Shown here: piece by piece, positions 1 to 9,772 of the stretch
Layout: every line of letters starts with the position of its first letter
Numbering within the stretch: the first letter of the stretch is position 1
From: a virus
Taxonomy: Duplodnaviria; Caudoviricetes
Length of the DNA: 54,529 bases
Virus record (IMG/VR): IMGVR_UViG_3300009488_000022
Coordinates: 1 to 54,529 of that record
Strand: one strand, 5' to 3'
Position numbers and translations under genes: made by a program
The notes under the pieces: generated by a model
The model's database searches: none
The model's input: the letters and a program-made list of their open reading frames with translations, nothing else
Told to the model about the DNA's origin: nothing

Positions 1-1
1 G

Positions 2-793
2 GCGATTGAAAGTGAACTAATTCTTGTCCACTCTGAAACGACCGTCATTGTCTCTGATATAATCGTCATAGATAATGCTATTTCCGATGTGGAGAGCAGC
101 CTTGTCATCGCCAAGAGTGACCTCATCCTGATCTACTCCGATACCACCCACATCGACAGTGATGTGACCGCTCTCGAAGCGGCAGTCTCCGACGTGGAGT
201 CAAGTCTCGTCATTGCCAAGTCTGACCTTGTTGTAATTGAATCCGACACTACCGCTATCGAGAGTGAACTAATCCTCGTTCACTCCGAGACCACTATTAT
301 AACCAGTGACGTCATTGTAGTAGACGCAGCCGTTTCAGATATTCCCGATGATGTGGTTGCGGCATTGCGGGCTATGGCCGTCGGCGAAGTGGCGGCGGCA
401 CTGAGCGGGGATGACCTTACGATCCGCCGGGGTGATAGTTTCAGTGTCGAACTGACCGGCATGGGGGACATCTCTGGCAGGACAAAACTGTGGATTACAG
501 TCAAGGGGGCATTTTCCCAGGCAGATTCGGAGGCGACCTTCCAGATTGAGGAGACTGATGGACTGCTCTACATCGACGGTGATGATGCAGAGACGGCAGG
601 GAACGGCACTCTCACAGTTGATGATGAGGTGGCGGGTAACATCACGGTGACATTGGAGGAAGTGGAGACCGCGCGATTGAGGCCGCATAATTCGCTAGTA
701 TATGATATCCAGGTGCTCGACGATGGCGATGTGACCACATTGGCCGCTGGTGATGCTAGAGTGACGGCAGACGTGACGCGCGCGGTAGTATAG
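2..793 (+). CDS. C-terminal part of heptad-repeat (coiled-coil) fibre protein with terminal Ig/BppU-like domain; open at window start
   Basis: Frame is open from base 2 (AIESELILVHSETTVIVSD...). It has the same I-x-S-D/E-T/V/L-x-x heptads as the ORF running off the 3' end, and a beta-rich C-terminus (LTIRRGDSF...YDIQV). Confidence 0.75.
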   Translation, partial: AIESELILVHSETTVIVSDIIVIDNAISDVESSLVIAKSDLILIYSDTTHIDSDVTALEAAVSDVESSLVIAKSDLVVIESDTTAIESELILVHSETTIITSDVIVVDAAVSDIPDDVVAALRAMAVGEVAAALSGDDLTIRRGDSFSVELTGMGDISGRTKLWITVKGAFSQADSEATFQIEETDGLLYIDGDDAETAGNGTLTVDDEVAGNITVTLEEVETARLRPHNSLVYDIQVLDDGDVTTLAAGDARVTADVTRAVV

Positions 794-826
794 AGTGGAA
801 CAGCTTAATAAACAGGCTTGATTAAG

Positions 827-1192
827 ATGGCGAATCCAACAGGAAAGGGTGGCTGGGAAAAAGGGCAAAGCGGCAATCCAAAGGGGCGGCCCAAGAAAAA
901 CCGGGCGCTCACTGAGATTCTGGCGCGTGGTGGTAGCAAGACCATCGAAGACCGCGACGGCAAGCGGCGTTCAGGCAAGCGCATCGTGGCGCGGTTGCTG
1001 TGGCAAGCGGCGACTACTGGCGTCGTGCAATTCCCCGACGCCAAAGAGACGGTGGTCATCCCCCTCTCAGACTGGCTTGGCATTGTCAAGTTTCTTTACG
1101 GGCACATTGACGGGCCGCCGAAGCAGGCACTAGGCGTGGACTTGCGCGTGGGGCCTGTCGTCTTGCAAGTAAAAGGCTTTGATGAAGTATAG
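827..1192 (+). CDS. Terminase small subunit (DUF5681-like N-terminus)
   Basis: WEKGQSGNPKGRPK motif; immediately upstream of and overlapping the large terminase. Confidence 0.75.
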   Translation: MANPTGKGGWEKGQSGNPKGRPKKNRALTEILARGGSKTIEDRDGKRRSGKRIVARLLWQAATTGVVQFPDAKETVVIPLSDWLGIVKFLYGHIDGPPKQALGVDLRVGPVVLQVKGFDEV

Positions 1193-2465
1193 GTGCTTTG
1201 AGGCTTTTGGCGGCGTCAAGGAATTTGTCAACTACCGTGGCGCTGAGGCCATAGTCCACGGGCCAGCAGAGACAGGCAAGACTATTGGTGCACTTTACAA
1301 ACTGCATACCTGCGCTGCCAAGTATCCCGGCGCGAGCATTGCTATCTGTCGTAAAACACTAGCGAGCACCTACAGCACTGTGCTGGTAACGTTTCAAAAG
1401 AAGGTGCTGGGCAAAGACTCACCGGTTCAGGCTTATGGCGGAGAGAAGCCGCAATGGTTTGATTATCCCAACGGTTCCCGTATCTGGATGACCGGGATGG
1501 ACAAGTCGAGCAAGGTTCTGTCCAGTGAGTTTGACCTGATTTTTGTTAACCAGGCGGGTGAGTTGGAGTTGGGAGAGTGGGAAACCTTGACGACGCGCAC
1601 AACCGGGCGGGCGGGCAACATGCCCTACTCACAGACCATCGGCGACTGCAACCCGGCCTGGCCGACACACTGGATTTACAACCGCCAGTCGCTGCGCCTG
1701 TTCCATTCGCGCCACAGCGAGAACCCGGCGCTGTTTGATCAGGAGACAGGTGAAATTACGGCGCAGGGCCAGCGCGCTATGGCCGTGCTGGAGGCGCTGA
1801 CGGGGCTGCGGCGCACCAGACTGCTGGAGGGCAAGGCGGCGCGGGCCGAAGGTGTGGTATACGAGGCGTGGGATGAAGGCGTGCATCTCATCTATGCCGA
1901 TGCTGTACCAAGGCTGCGCCGCTACGTGGCTGGGCAGGACTGGGGCTATACTCACCCCGGCGTCCTGGGCGTGTGGGGCCTGGATAACGACGGGCGGATG
2001 TATCTGGTGGCGCAGGTATACCGCACCAAGAAGACTATCGACTGGTGGATTGAGCAAGCGCAGGCGCTCGATGAGGAGTTCGGCATAGAGGCGTTTGCAT
2101 GCGATCCATCGGAGCCAGCGTACATTATGCAGTACCGGCAGGCGGGACTGAACGCTGTAGCTGGGTTTAACAAGGTGAGGCCGGGCATTGACGCAGTGCA
2201 GCAGCGGTTGGCAAAGGCAAGCGACGGCCATTCGCGCCTGTTCATCGTGCGCGACAGTTTGCGCCAGGCCGACTTCGTGCTACAATTCGAGAAGCGGCCC
2301 TTTGCCACTGAGCAGGAGTTTCCAGGTTACGTGTGGGCCAACAGAAAAGCCAAGGAGCAACCGGTGAAGGAATTTGACGACGGGCTGGACATGACGCGCT
2401 ATACCGTGGCTCACGTGGACGGGTTGGGGCGGGAGCCGGAGCGAGTGGTGAGGTCGCTGAGATGA
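1179..2465 (+). CDS. terL: Terminase large subunit
   Basis: Walker A GPAETGKT, motif III DCNP, nuclease motifs GQDWGY, CDPS and DDGLDMTRY. Confidence 0.93.
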   Translation: MMKYRCFEAFGGVKEFVNYRGAEAIVHGPAETGKTIGALYKLHTCAAKYPGASIAICRKTLASTYSTVLVTFQKKVLGKDSPVQAYGGEKPQWFDYPNGSRIWMTGMDKSSKVLSSEFDLIFVNQAGELELGEWETLTTRTTGRAGNMPYSQTIGDCNPAWPTHWIYNRQSLRLFHSRHSENPALFDQETGEITAQGQRAMAVLEALTGLRRTRLLEGKAARAEGVVYEAWDEGVHLIYADAVPRLRRYVAGQDWGYTHPGVLGVWGLDNDGRMYLVAQVYRTKKTIDWWIEQAQALDEEFGIEAFACDPSEPAYIMQYRQAGLNAVAGFNKVRPGIDAVQQRLAKASDGHSRLFIVRDSLRQADFVLQFEKRPFATEQEFPGYVWANRKAKEQPVKEFDDGLDMTRYTVAHVDGLGREPERVVRSLR

Positions 2466-2710
2466 CAGAAACAGAACTCAGACAATGGTGGCAAACCTTG
2501 GGGCTAGCATTGCAGAGGCAGAGCCTCCCGCGCCTGGATGTACTCGGCATATCGCCAGGAGACGTGCGTGATAGCGTGGAGCAGTTGCTACGCAATAGGC
2601 AAGGATGGGAAAGATGGGAGTTATTCATAGAAGCCGTCTTCGAGATTGGCGAGGACGCATTCGTGAAACTGGCAGGAGCAAACTGCGATGACAGAACAAC
2701 GCTACAATGA
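2462..2710 (+). CDS. Hypothetical protein
   Basis: ATGA overlap with terL; GAGG RBS. Confidence 0.55.
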   Translation: MTETELRQWWQTLGLALQRQSLPRLDVLGISPGDVRDSVEQLLRNRQGWERWELFIEAVFEIGEDAFVKLAGANCDDRTTLQ

Positions 2711-4184
2711 GCAAGACCTGGTGGCCTTCGCGGTGTCGTACAACCGCTATGAGATGGCCCGCGCTTTTGGTCAAACAGCCTACGGGGGGGACCGCAACTA
2801 TTACGAGACACTGGGCTATCCCGAGGCCATCGAGTTCGATGACTACCTGGCCCGCTACGAGCGGCAGGACATTGCCGGGCGCATCGTGGACCTACCGGCG
2901 CAAGATACTTGGAAGAAGCCGCCGCTGGTGAGCGAGGACGACCAGACCGAAACCACTTTTGTCCAGGCGTGGGAGGCAATGGTTGACCGCCTGCGCGTGT
3001 GGAGCGCATTGTCCCGCGCCGACAAGCTCAGTGGCATCGGGCGCTACGGCGTGCTGCTGATCGGCGTGCGCGACGGTGACGATCTGGCGGAACCCGTGGC
3101 GCAGGGAAGCCTGAAGCGTGAGCGCGACATTCTCTACCTGCGACCGTTCAGCGAGGGCCAGGCCGACATCAGCACGTGGGACGATAACACCTCCAGCGAA
3201 CGCTACGGCCTGCCAGTGCTGTACGTGATTAAACTGCGCGACGACAAGTCGGCACAGAAGGTGCACTGGACGCGCATCGTGCACCTGGCCGAGAACAAGT
3301 TGGACAGCGAGGTCTACGGCGTCCCCCGTCTCCAGCGCGTGTACAATCGCCTCGACGACTTGATGAAACTGGTCGGCGGATCCGCTGAGGCGACCTGGCT
3401 CGGAATGCGCCCAGGCACAGTATTGACGAACCGCGAGGGCTTCACGCTTCCCCAGGACGATGACAGCAAGGCCGACAGGGAGGCCGAGGTCAAACGCTAC
3501 GCCCACGACCCGCTGCGCTTTTTGATGATGGAAGGCATCGAGGCCAAGCAGATCGGCGCAGGTGAGGTATCTGACGTATCTGGCCCGTTCGATACCGTGC
3601 TCTCCCTCATCTCCGCCGCGTCAGGCATTCCCCAGCGCGTGCTCGTCGGCAGCGCCCAGGGTGAATTGGCCGCCGCCGAATATGATGCCAAGCAATGGGC
3701 GGGCGAGATTACTTTCCGACAAGGCAACTATGCCGAGCCTGAGATACTGCGACCGTTCATCAATCGCATGATCTGGTATGGCGTGCTGCCTGCGCCCGCC
3801 GATGGCTACGACATCGGTACGCTGGAGACCGACGGCATGCGCTACTGGCCCGCGCTTATCGTGATGACCGAGGCGGAGCGGGCAGAGATTGCACAGGCGC
3901 GGGCCAACGCAGCCAAGGCACTCGTCGATCCGGCTACGCTGGCATTGCCGATCACGACAGAGGAGCAACGGGAACTGCTCGGCTACCCGGCAGAGGAAGA
4001 GCCGGAGGCCAAGGAGCCAGAGGAGCCGGAGGAGATGGCAGCCAACGCTGGGATGGTTGAGGCTCAGATTGCGCAGGCGATGGCGAACTACCGCGCAGGC
4101 ACGATCGACGCCGACACGCTGGCGGCGTTCGCGATTGCGGAGTGGGCGGAGGCAATGTCACTGGAGATACAAGGCAATGGATGA
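2688..4184 (+). CDS. Portal protein (DUF1073-like)
   Basis: Position after terL; YERQDIAGRIVDLPA, KVHWTRIVH and SGIPQRVLVGS motifs typical of DUF1073 portals. Confidence 0.88.
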   Translation: MTEQRYNEQDLVAFAVSYNRYEMARAFGQTAYGGDRNYYETLGYPEAIEFDDYLARYERQDIAGRIVDLPAQDTWKKPPLVSEDDQTETTFVQAWEAMVDRLRVWSALSRADKLSGIGRYGVLLIGVRDGDDLAEPVAQGSLKRERDILYLRPFSEGQADISTWDDNTSSERYGLPVLYVIKLRDDKSAQKVHWTRIVHLAENKLDSEVYGVPRLQRVYNRLDDLMKLVGGSAEATWLGMRPGTVLTNREGFTLPQDDDSKADREAEVKRYAHDPLRFLMMEGIEAKQIGAGEVSDVSGPFDTVLSLISAASGIPQRVLVGSAQGELAAAEYDAKQWAGEITFRQGNYAEPEILRPFINRMIWYGVLPAPADGYDIGTLETDGMRYWPALIVMTEAERAEIAQARANAAKALVDPATLALPITTEEQRELLGYPAEEEPEAKEPEEPEEMAANAGMVEAQIAQAMANYRAGTIDADTLAAFAIAEWAEAMSLEIQGNG

Positions 4185-4425
4185 GGAAACTACTTACTAT
4201 GGATTTACCATCGCTGGTGGTGGCGGGATAGTCAATTGGATTGTTCCTGCCGCTGAGTTTAAGCTAATGAATCGAGACAATCGCCAAGGCCGCGACGGGA
4301 TGTATGATGTTTTTGTATACTCACTTAAAGAAGCATTGCCAGTGGAGATATATGTGAACTGGCCCCTTGTTGCCTGGACACAGTTCTACAAAGTACAACC
4401 GGAGTGGGCGGAGGCGACGCAATGA
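4177..4425 (+). CDS. Hypothetical protein
   Basis: GGAG RBS; ATG overlaps portal end; lower GC; stop overlaps next ATG. Confidence 0.55.
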   Translation: MDEETTYYGFTIAGGGGIVNWIVPAAEFKLMNRDNRQGRDGMYDVFVYSLKEALPVEIYVNWPLVAWTQFYKVQPEWAEATQ

Positions 4426-5024
4426 CCGCTGGCGCGACCAACTACCGTAACGGCATCCGCTCCGCCGTCCGGGGCTACTGGCTCAGCGCCTTTGACAGTT
4501 ATCAGTTTTACGACGCGATGGATGCTGCGATCCGTAATGGCCTGACGCTCGCTCAGCATGAAGGTGCCGCCGCCTGTGGCGTGCTGCCGGCGGAATTATC
4601 GCCGACAGAGCGGGCGGCGCTGGCCCAGGCAATTGCAAACGAGGTGGGCCATATTGACGCTTTTGCCGCTGAGGTCGAAGCGGGCAATAAGGCCAACGGC
4701 GGCAAGCTCGGCCCGTTACACGCGCGGGCGGAAGCGTGGATACTAAGATACAAGGACGTGGCTAATCAGGCAAAGGTTTCTGCCTGCGGAGACCAAAAGT
4801 TGATGTGGGTGCACCAGGCACTCGGAGCGACAAAGAAACCCTGCGGCACGTGCAAGTACAAGCTGAACCGCAAAGTCAAGCGCGCCAGTTATTGGCAGCG
4901 GGTAGGAGTGAGGCCGCAGAACCCGCCCAACTCCTATTTGGAGTGCGAGGGCTGGGCCTGACTGTGCGACCTGGTGCCGACCGACGCACCGATGAGCAGG
5001 GGTCCCCTGCCAAGGCTACCGTAA
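4422..5024 (+). CDS. Minor head morphogenesis protein (Mu gpF/SPP1 gp7-like) with in-frame TGA at 4959-4961 (possible selenocysteine)
   Basis: Position after portal; CxxC (PCGTC). The frame continues ECEGWA-[TGA]-LCDLVPTDAPMSRGPLPRLP-TAA, ending just before the next RBS. Confidence 0.7.
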
Positions 5025-5042
5025 AATAACAGGAGGAACTAA

Positions 5043-5270
5043 ATGCCAAGATACTCGACAGGACAAGCCAAACAACCTGACAAGCTCAATCAACGCTTTT
5101 CATTCACCGGCAAGCTACGCGGCGCCGATGTGCTGCGCCGGCTAGTGGAGGTGTGCGGATACGATCTCCTGCGCCGGACGCTCGACGAGTGGGAGGCCGC
5201 AGAGATGCAAATACGTAAGGCAGCAGAGAAGGAGTCTACGCGCCGCAAGGCGAAAAAGGCCAGCAGTTAA
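5043..5270 (+). CDS. Hypothetical protein
   Basis: AGGAGG RBS; basic C-terminus. Confidence 0.6.
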   Translation: MPRYSTGQAKQPDKLNQRFSFTGKLRGADVLRRLVEVCGYDLLRRTLDEWEAAEMQIRKAAEKESTRRKAKKASS

Positions 5271-5404
5271 GCGAATGACACCTGACCGCTGGCGCTCTCT
5301 GTGCGAAACCATACACCGCATACTCATCATCTTGGATGACTGGCTGTGCCAGGAATTCGGCTTCTCCCGCAAGGCGCGGGGGAAATATGCAGCGTAATTG
5401 ACTC

Positions 5405-5434
5405 TTGACAAAACATACGTAACTGTGGTATACT
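5405..5434 (+). promoter_or_regulatory. sigma70-type promoter for head genes
   Basis: TTGACA-18nt-TATACT with extended TG; intergenic. Confidence 0.75.
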
Positions 5435-5499
5435 AGAGACAATCGAATAACAGGGTCCGCTATCCGAGGATGGTCCGCCCGCTTTTTTGGGACAGCGCA

Positions 5500-5530
5500 A
5501 GCTTGCCCGCGAAAGCAGGCTTTTTCTTTT
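5500..5530 (+). terminator. Terminator-like hairpin in leader of head operon
   Basis: GCTTGC-ccgcgaaa-GCAGGC followed by TTTTTCTTTT, just upstream of the RBS. Confidence 0.5.
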
Positions 5531-5543
5531 GTGGAGGTGATAG

Positions 5544-5876
5544 ATGGCACTGGAAACATTGACCGCGCAGACCGCCAGTAGGACAGGAGCACAGATCGCC
5601 CTCCAGGCAGTCACAACCGCAGGGGGATTTGAGTTCCCCAACACCGGACGTACCCTGCTCGTCGTCAACAACGACGCCGGGGCGCTGGCGCTCAACTTTA
5701 CGATCGTGAGCACGGTCGACGGTGAGGCGGTAGCCACGAAGGACGTTTCAGTGGATGCCTCGGAAGAGTGGGTTATCGGTCCGTTTCCGGTCGAGTTTTA
5801 CAATGCCGCCGACGGCAACGTGGACGTGGCCGTGGACGCCGACCTGGCCAGCGGCGTGGCGGTCATCAAGTTCTAG
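5544..5876 (+). CDS. Putative virion beta-sandwich protein
   Basis: GGAGG RBS; acidic beta-rich composition in head cluster. Confidence 0.6.
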   Translation: MALETLTAQTASRTGAQIALQAVTTAGGFEFPNTGRTLLVVNNDAGALALNFTIVSTVDGEAVATKDVSVDASEEWVIGPFPVEFYNAADGNVDVAVDADLASGVAVIKF

Positions 5877-5878
5877 CG

Positions 5879-6154
5879 ATGTACAGAGTAGTAACTGAAG
5901 TCGCACTCGAAGACCTGGAGGCGCAGGTCAACCGGTTGCTCGGCGAGGGCTGGCAGCCGTTGGGCGGCGTGGCGACGTTCATGCTAGGGCCGAGCCAGCA
6001 CTTCGCGCAGGCACTACTCACATTTGTACCTGAACAACCGACTGACCAGGAAGAGCCGCCGGAGGACCTGCCTGCGCAGGCAGGGGTAGCGACCGAGAGC
6101 GACCAGCCGGGGCCGAGGCTGATGATGCCGGGCGGTGGCGATGGGGCGGTATGA
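5879..6154 (+). CDS. DUF1737-like small protein
   Basis: YRVV...LEAQVNRLLGEGWQPLGGV pattern. Confidence 0.6.
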   Translation: MYRVVTEVALEDLEAQVNRLLGEGWQPLGGVATFMLGPSQHFAQALLTFVPEQPTDQEEPPEDLPAQAGVATESDQPGPRLMMPGGGDGAV

Positions 6155-6356
6155 CAAGCGCGGCGGCGGCGATCAACTGGCCTACGGCGAGACGGTTGAC
6201 GGTGACGAAAAGCCCCTTGCCGTGTCTACGCGCGGGGAATTGCATGTGCTTGACAGTTCCCTTAACCACGACTTATTGCGGCAAATACTGGTAGAGTTGC
6301 GAGCGATTAACGTGCACTTGCTCGCCATAACGGACGAACGAATCTTGGGGGAATGA
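6141..6356 (+). CDS. Hypothetical protein
   Basis: Overlapping gene chain. Confidence 0.55.
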   Translation: MGRYDKRGGGDQLAYGETVDGDEKPLAVSTRGELHVLDSSLNHDLLRQILVELRAINVHLLAITDERILGE

Positions 6357-6907
6357 CAATGCAGATCGAGGACGGCGGCGGTTCAGGACGACGGGCTACG
6401 GTTGACATTGAGCAGCGGCTCGATGTGCACGCGGTTACGGCGACGGCGGAGCACAGCGTCAACCACAACGACGGTGAGGCATATCATCTACTGTTTGCCC
6501 AGACACCAACAGCGGCTAACGATTGCTTTTTGTATATGAAAAACAACAGCAACAACAAAGACATCTGCATTGAGGGCATTTGGTTTCGCGTAGCTTCTGC
6601 CGAGCAAATAGTAATGAAGATGGGCGATACGGGCACGACCTCGGGCGGAAGCGCGGCGACGCCTGCCAACCTAAACGCAGGCTGCGGCAAGGTGGCCGAC
6701 GGTACATTTGAGACGGGCAACGACATCACCGGCCTGAGCGGTGGCGTTACGATTGAGAAGTATTGGCTCGCCAATACAGCGACGCAGCACTATAACTTTG
6801 AGCAAGATATCATCATACCCAAGAACGGCGTATTCACGATGTGCGCCGCCACGGGCGCGGTGGCCGTCGCCGGCACGGTGGTCTTTAATTTTCACTCGGC
6901 CGACTGA
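6353..6907 (+). CDS. Putative virion protein
   Basis: ATGA overlap; G/T/A-rich beta composition. Confidence 0.6.
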   Translation: MTMQIEDGGGSGRRATVDIEQRLDVHAVTATAEHSVNHNDGEAYHLLFAQTPTAANDCFLYMKNNSNNKDICIEGIWFRVASAEQIVMKMGDTGTTSGGSAATPANLNAGCGKVADGTFETGNDITGLSGGVTIEKYWLANTATQHYNFEQDIIIPKNGVFTMCAATGAVAVAGTVVFNFHSAD

Positions 6908-7542
6908 TGACAGTTAAGACCGTCGCAACGGACGGCGCGGGCACAGGCAGGAGCGCAAAGGTCTCGGATCAATTCGCTCTCCTCGTTTCCGACGTGGGCT
7001 GCCCGCCGTTAATGCAACAAAAGAACCGCGTGTTCCGCCAATACTTGACCGACGACGGCACGGCATCGGGCAGCGAGGACATGGTAGTGAACGGCAGTAC
7101 AACCGCCGTTGAGTTTTGGGTGAAGGCTGACAATAACGACGATCGTTACATAACGACCCTGAGCTTCATCATCGCAGACGTCAATGCAACACTCAACGAA
7201 TTTGGAAACGTGACAGCACTGACGAACGGATGTCAATTATACTATGAGACGCTGGCGCAGACTACCATCATACACAGTACACTCAAAACAAACTTTGACT
7301 TTGTACGGCTATGCCTGGGGCAACCCGCTTTCGGAGACGCTACGACAGCGTTCAGGGCCAGCAACGTGGTAGGCAATAGCGAGGGATACCTTCCCGTGCT
7401 AGACCTGCGGCGACTAGTGCCGCCATTCGGCATCAAGTTAGATCGTGGCACGACGCAGCGACTAGTGCTGAAAGTGCGAGACGATTGTACAGGCGTAGAT
7501 GGATTTGATTGCATTGCTTACGGATTCGACAGGTTTGAATGA
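6907..7542 (+). CDS. Putative virion protein
   Basis: TGATG overlap; N-terminus (DGAGTGRSAKV) resembles that of the preceding ORF (DGGGSGRRATV). Confidence 0.6.
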   Translation: MTVKTVATDGAGTGRSAKVSDQFALLVSDVGCPPLMQQKNRVFRQYLTDDGTASGSEDMVVNGSTTAVEFWVKADNNDDRYITTLSFIIADVNATLNEFGNVTALTNGCQLYYETLAQTTIIHSTLKTNFDFVRLCLGQPAFGDATTAFRASNVVGNSEGYLPVLDLRRLVPPFGIKLDRGTTQRLVLKVRDDCTGVDGFDCIAYGFDRFE

Positions 7543-9284
7543 TGTCTGATCAATTGATATTTGTCAACCAGACGGGAACGGCACAGGTGCGCCGCGAGAC
7601 AGTCGGCGGCGTTGAGTACCTGATCGCGCCGACCGTGGCGATCAAGGCGGGCGTGCTGAACGGCGAGTTGGTTACGGCGGACGAGATCGGCACGCACTTC
7701 CATTCGTGGGACGGGCGGCCCTTCGTCGTCGGCCATCCGAAGGCTGACGGCGAGGACACGTCGGTCAACGATCCTGCCCTGCTCGCCAAGATGCAGTTGG
7801 GCTGGCTGTTCAATACCCACTTTGACGACGGCGCGCTGAAAGGCGAGATATGGGTTGACGTCAGCCGGGCGAAGCTGGTGGACGGCGGGCCGGAGATAGT
7901 GGCCCGGCTGGAGGGCGGCAGGCCGCTGGAAATCTCGACCGCTTATTTCCGCGACCGCGACGAGAAGCCGGGCACGCTCGACGGCACAGAATATGAAGCC
8001 GTCGCCCGCAACCTACGTCCCGACCACCTGGCCGCACTACTGGACGGCGAAGGCGCTTGCAGTTGGGCCGACGGCTGCGGCGCCCCGAGGGTAAATGCGC
8101 GGCATAGGCAGGATCAATGTATGCTTTGCAAGAAGCCGCCAGAAATTGATGTGCTGTGGGCGGAAGGAATGGGACGGGCTTGGTTTTGCTTCGCACACTA
8201 TGAACAATGGAAAAAAGAGCATCCGGGCGAGGTAGTGTCGGAGCACAAAGTCAGGAACAGCATTGTACCTGAAAAGTGGGGAGGAAAGACTAGGCAAGGC
8301 GAGGGGGAAACTATGGAAGCGAACGTATTGGGTAAGGCGCGGACGCCGACCTACAGCGGCACAACCGACGCACCGTGGGAAGCGCCGACGCTGGAGGGCT
8401 GGCTGGCCGCCTATCCCGGCGACAAGCCAGACAGCAACCGCGTGGCCGACCTGCCGCAAGCCGCCAAGGACTGGATTGCAGGCCACACCCTGCTCGGTGA
8501 TCCGGCGGCGGACAATGAACGCGACCTGGCTTTTTTCCCGGTCGTCACGCCGCAAGGCAAGCTCAGCGGCGGCGCGGTGCGGGCCGTGCTGGGGGGCCGG
8601 GCGGCGCAGGCGAACATCCCGCAGGCGGCGAAGGAGTCGGCGCAAGCCGTGGCGCGCGCGCTACTGGAGAAGGAGTTCAAGACCGAACAGGCTACGAACA
8701 AGGACCGTGTGTTATGCGCACTGAAGGCTATCGCAGGCGTATTTGGAATCGAGTTCAATCAGCAAGATACGGAGGTAAGCAAAATGGCAGAACTGATCAA
8801 GGCGATCCTGGAGGATGGCCGGCTGGGGCTCAACGAGGAGCAGTTGCAGGCGCTGGACGAGGACGTGCTGAGCGTGATGCTCAAGGCGCTCAAGGCGACG
8901 CCGAAGGCAGAGGAAGAGCCAGAGCCAGAGCCGGAGAGCAACGAGGAGCCAAAGGCCAAGGCGCAGAAGCCGGAGGCCAAACCAGAACCGGAGACCAACG
9001 AGGCTATGCAGGTGCTTGAGGACCGCATCGTCGCGCTGGAGGCTGCGGCAAAGGCCGACGACGACGCGCGGAAGGCCAAACTCGTCACGGCGCTGACGAG
9101 CAACGCGACTTGCACCCTGACCGGAGATCAGTTGAAGGCGCTGGACGTGGCTACGCTGGATGCGCTGGCGCACAGCTTCTCACCCGCGGACTACAGCGGG
9201 CAGAGCGGCGGGCTGGTCGCTGGCAACAGGGGCATCGAGAAGTACGAGATGCCCGACATATTCGCAGAAGCACAGGAGGTTTAA
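7539..9284 (+). CDS. Prohead protease (DUF2213-like)/scaffold fusion
   Basis: GVLNG, WDGRPFVVGHP, EISTAY, RPDHLAAL..GACS..DGCG motifs; charged helical C-terminus with internal RBS+ATG at 8313 and 8784. Confidence 0.85.
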   Translation: MMSDQLIFVNQTGTAQVRRETVGGVEYLIAPTVAIKAGVLNGELVTADEIGTHFHSWDGRPFVVGHPKADGEDTSVNDPALLAKMQLGWLFNTHFDDGALKGEIWVDVSRAKLVDGGPEIVARLEGGRPLEISTAYFRDRDEKPGTLDGTEYEAVARNLRPDHLAALLDGEGACSWADGCGAPRVNARHRQDQCMLCKKPPEIDVLWAEGMGRAWFCFAHYEQWKKEHPGEVVSEHKVRNSIVPEKWGGKTRQGEGETMEANVLGKARTPTYSGTTDAPWEAPTLEGWLAAYPGDKPDSNRVADLPQAAKDWIAGHTLLGDPAADNERDLAFFPVVTPQGKLSGGAVRAVLGGRAAQANIPQAAKESAQAVARALLEKEFKTEQATNKDRVLCALKAIAGVFGIEFNQQDTEVSKMAELIKAILEDGRLGLNEEQLQALDEDVLSVMLKALKATPKAEEEPEPEPESNEEPKAKAQKPEAKPEPETNEAMQVLEDRIVALEAAAKADDDARKAKLVTALTSNATCTLTGDQLKALDVATLDALAHSFSPADYSGQSGGLVAGNRGIEKYEMPDIFAEAQEV

Positions 9285-9286
9285 CG

Positions 9287-9766
9287 ATGGCAAGGACAAC
9301 CACACAACACACGATCGTCGTCCAGAGCGCGAGCCTGGAGGGCGTAGTGCGCCGGGAGGCGCTGGCGGATGAGATATTCTATCCCGGTCACGTATTGCGC
9401 TTCGACACGTCAGAGGAACTGGAATTGCACGCGACCGCCGACGGCGTGCTGGTCGGCAAGCTAGTCGCTGCGATCAACCCGACACCAGATACCATCACCT
9501 ACCCCACCACGGCGGCTATCTCGATTCCCTATGCTGCCGACGACACCGCCTACTACATCGAGGCCGTAGCCGGGGACATCCTCATGGTCTTCCTGGCGAA
9601 CGGTGAGACCACGGTGAAGGGTATCACTCAACTCGTCAGCAACGGCGACGGCACGCTCAAAGCCGAGACGGTAGACGGAAACACTATCGCCGGTGCCATC
9701 TTCGGCGTGGCCGACGAGGACAAGACCGCCAGCGGAGACGAACTGATCCGCGTGCGGATCACATAG
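9287..9766 (+). CDS. Head decoration/cement protein
   Basis: AGGAGG RBS; lies between scaffold and MCP; PGHVL and LVSNGDGTLK motifs. Confidence 0.7.
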   Translation: MARTTTQHTIVVQSASLEGVVRREALADEIFYPGHVLRFDTSEELELHATADGVLVGKLVAAINPTPDTITYPTTAAISIPYAADDTAYYIEAVAGDILMVFLANGETTVKGITQLVSNGDGTLKAETVDGNTIAGAIFGVADEDKTASGDELIRVRIT

Positions 9767-9772
9767 GAGGCT

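Noticed and set aside
2688-4184. Anti-CBASS Acb1 label often attached to DUF1073 proteins
   Set aside because: Size, position and motifs fit a portal; no HxT/HxT phosphoesterase domain was seen.
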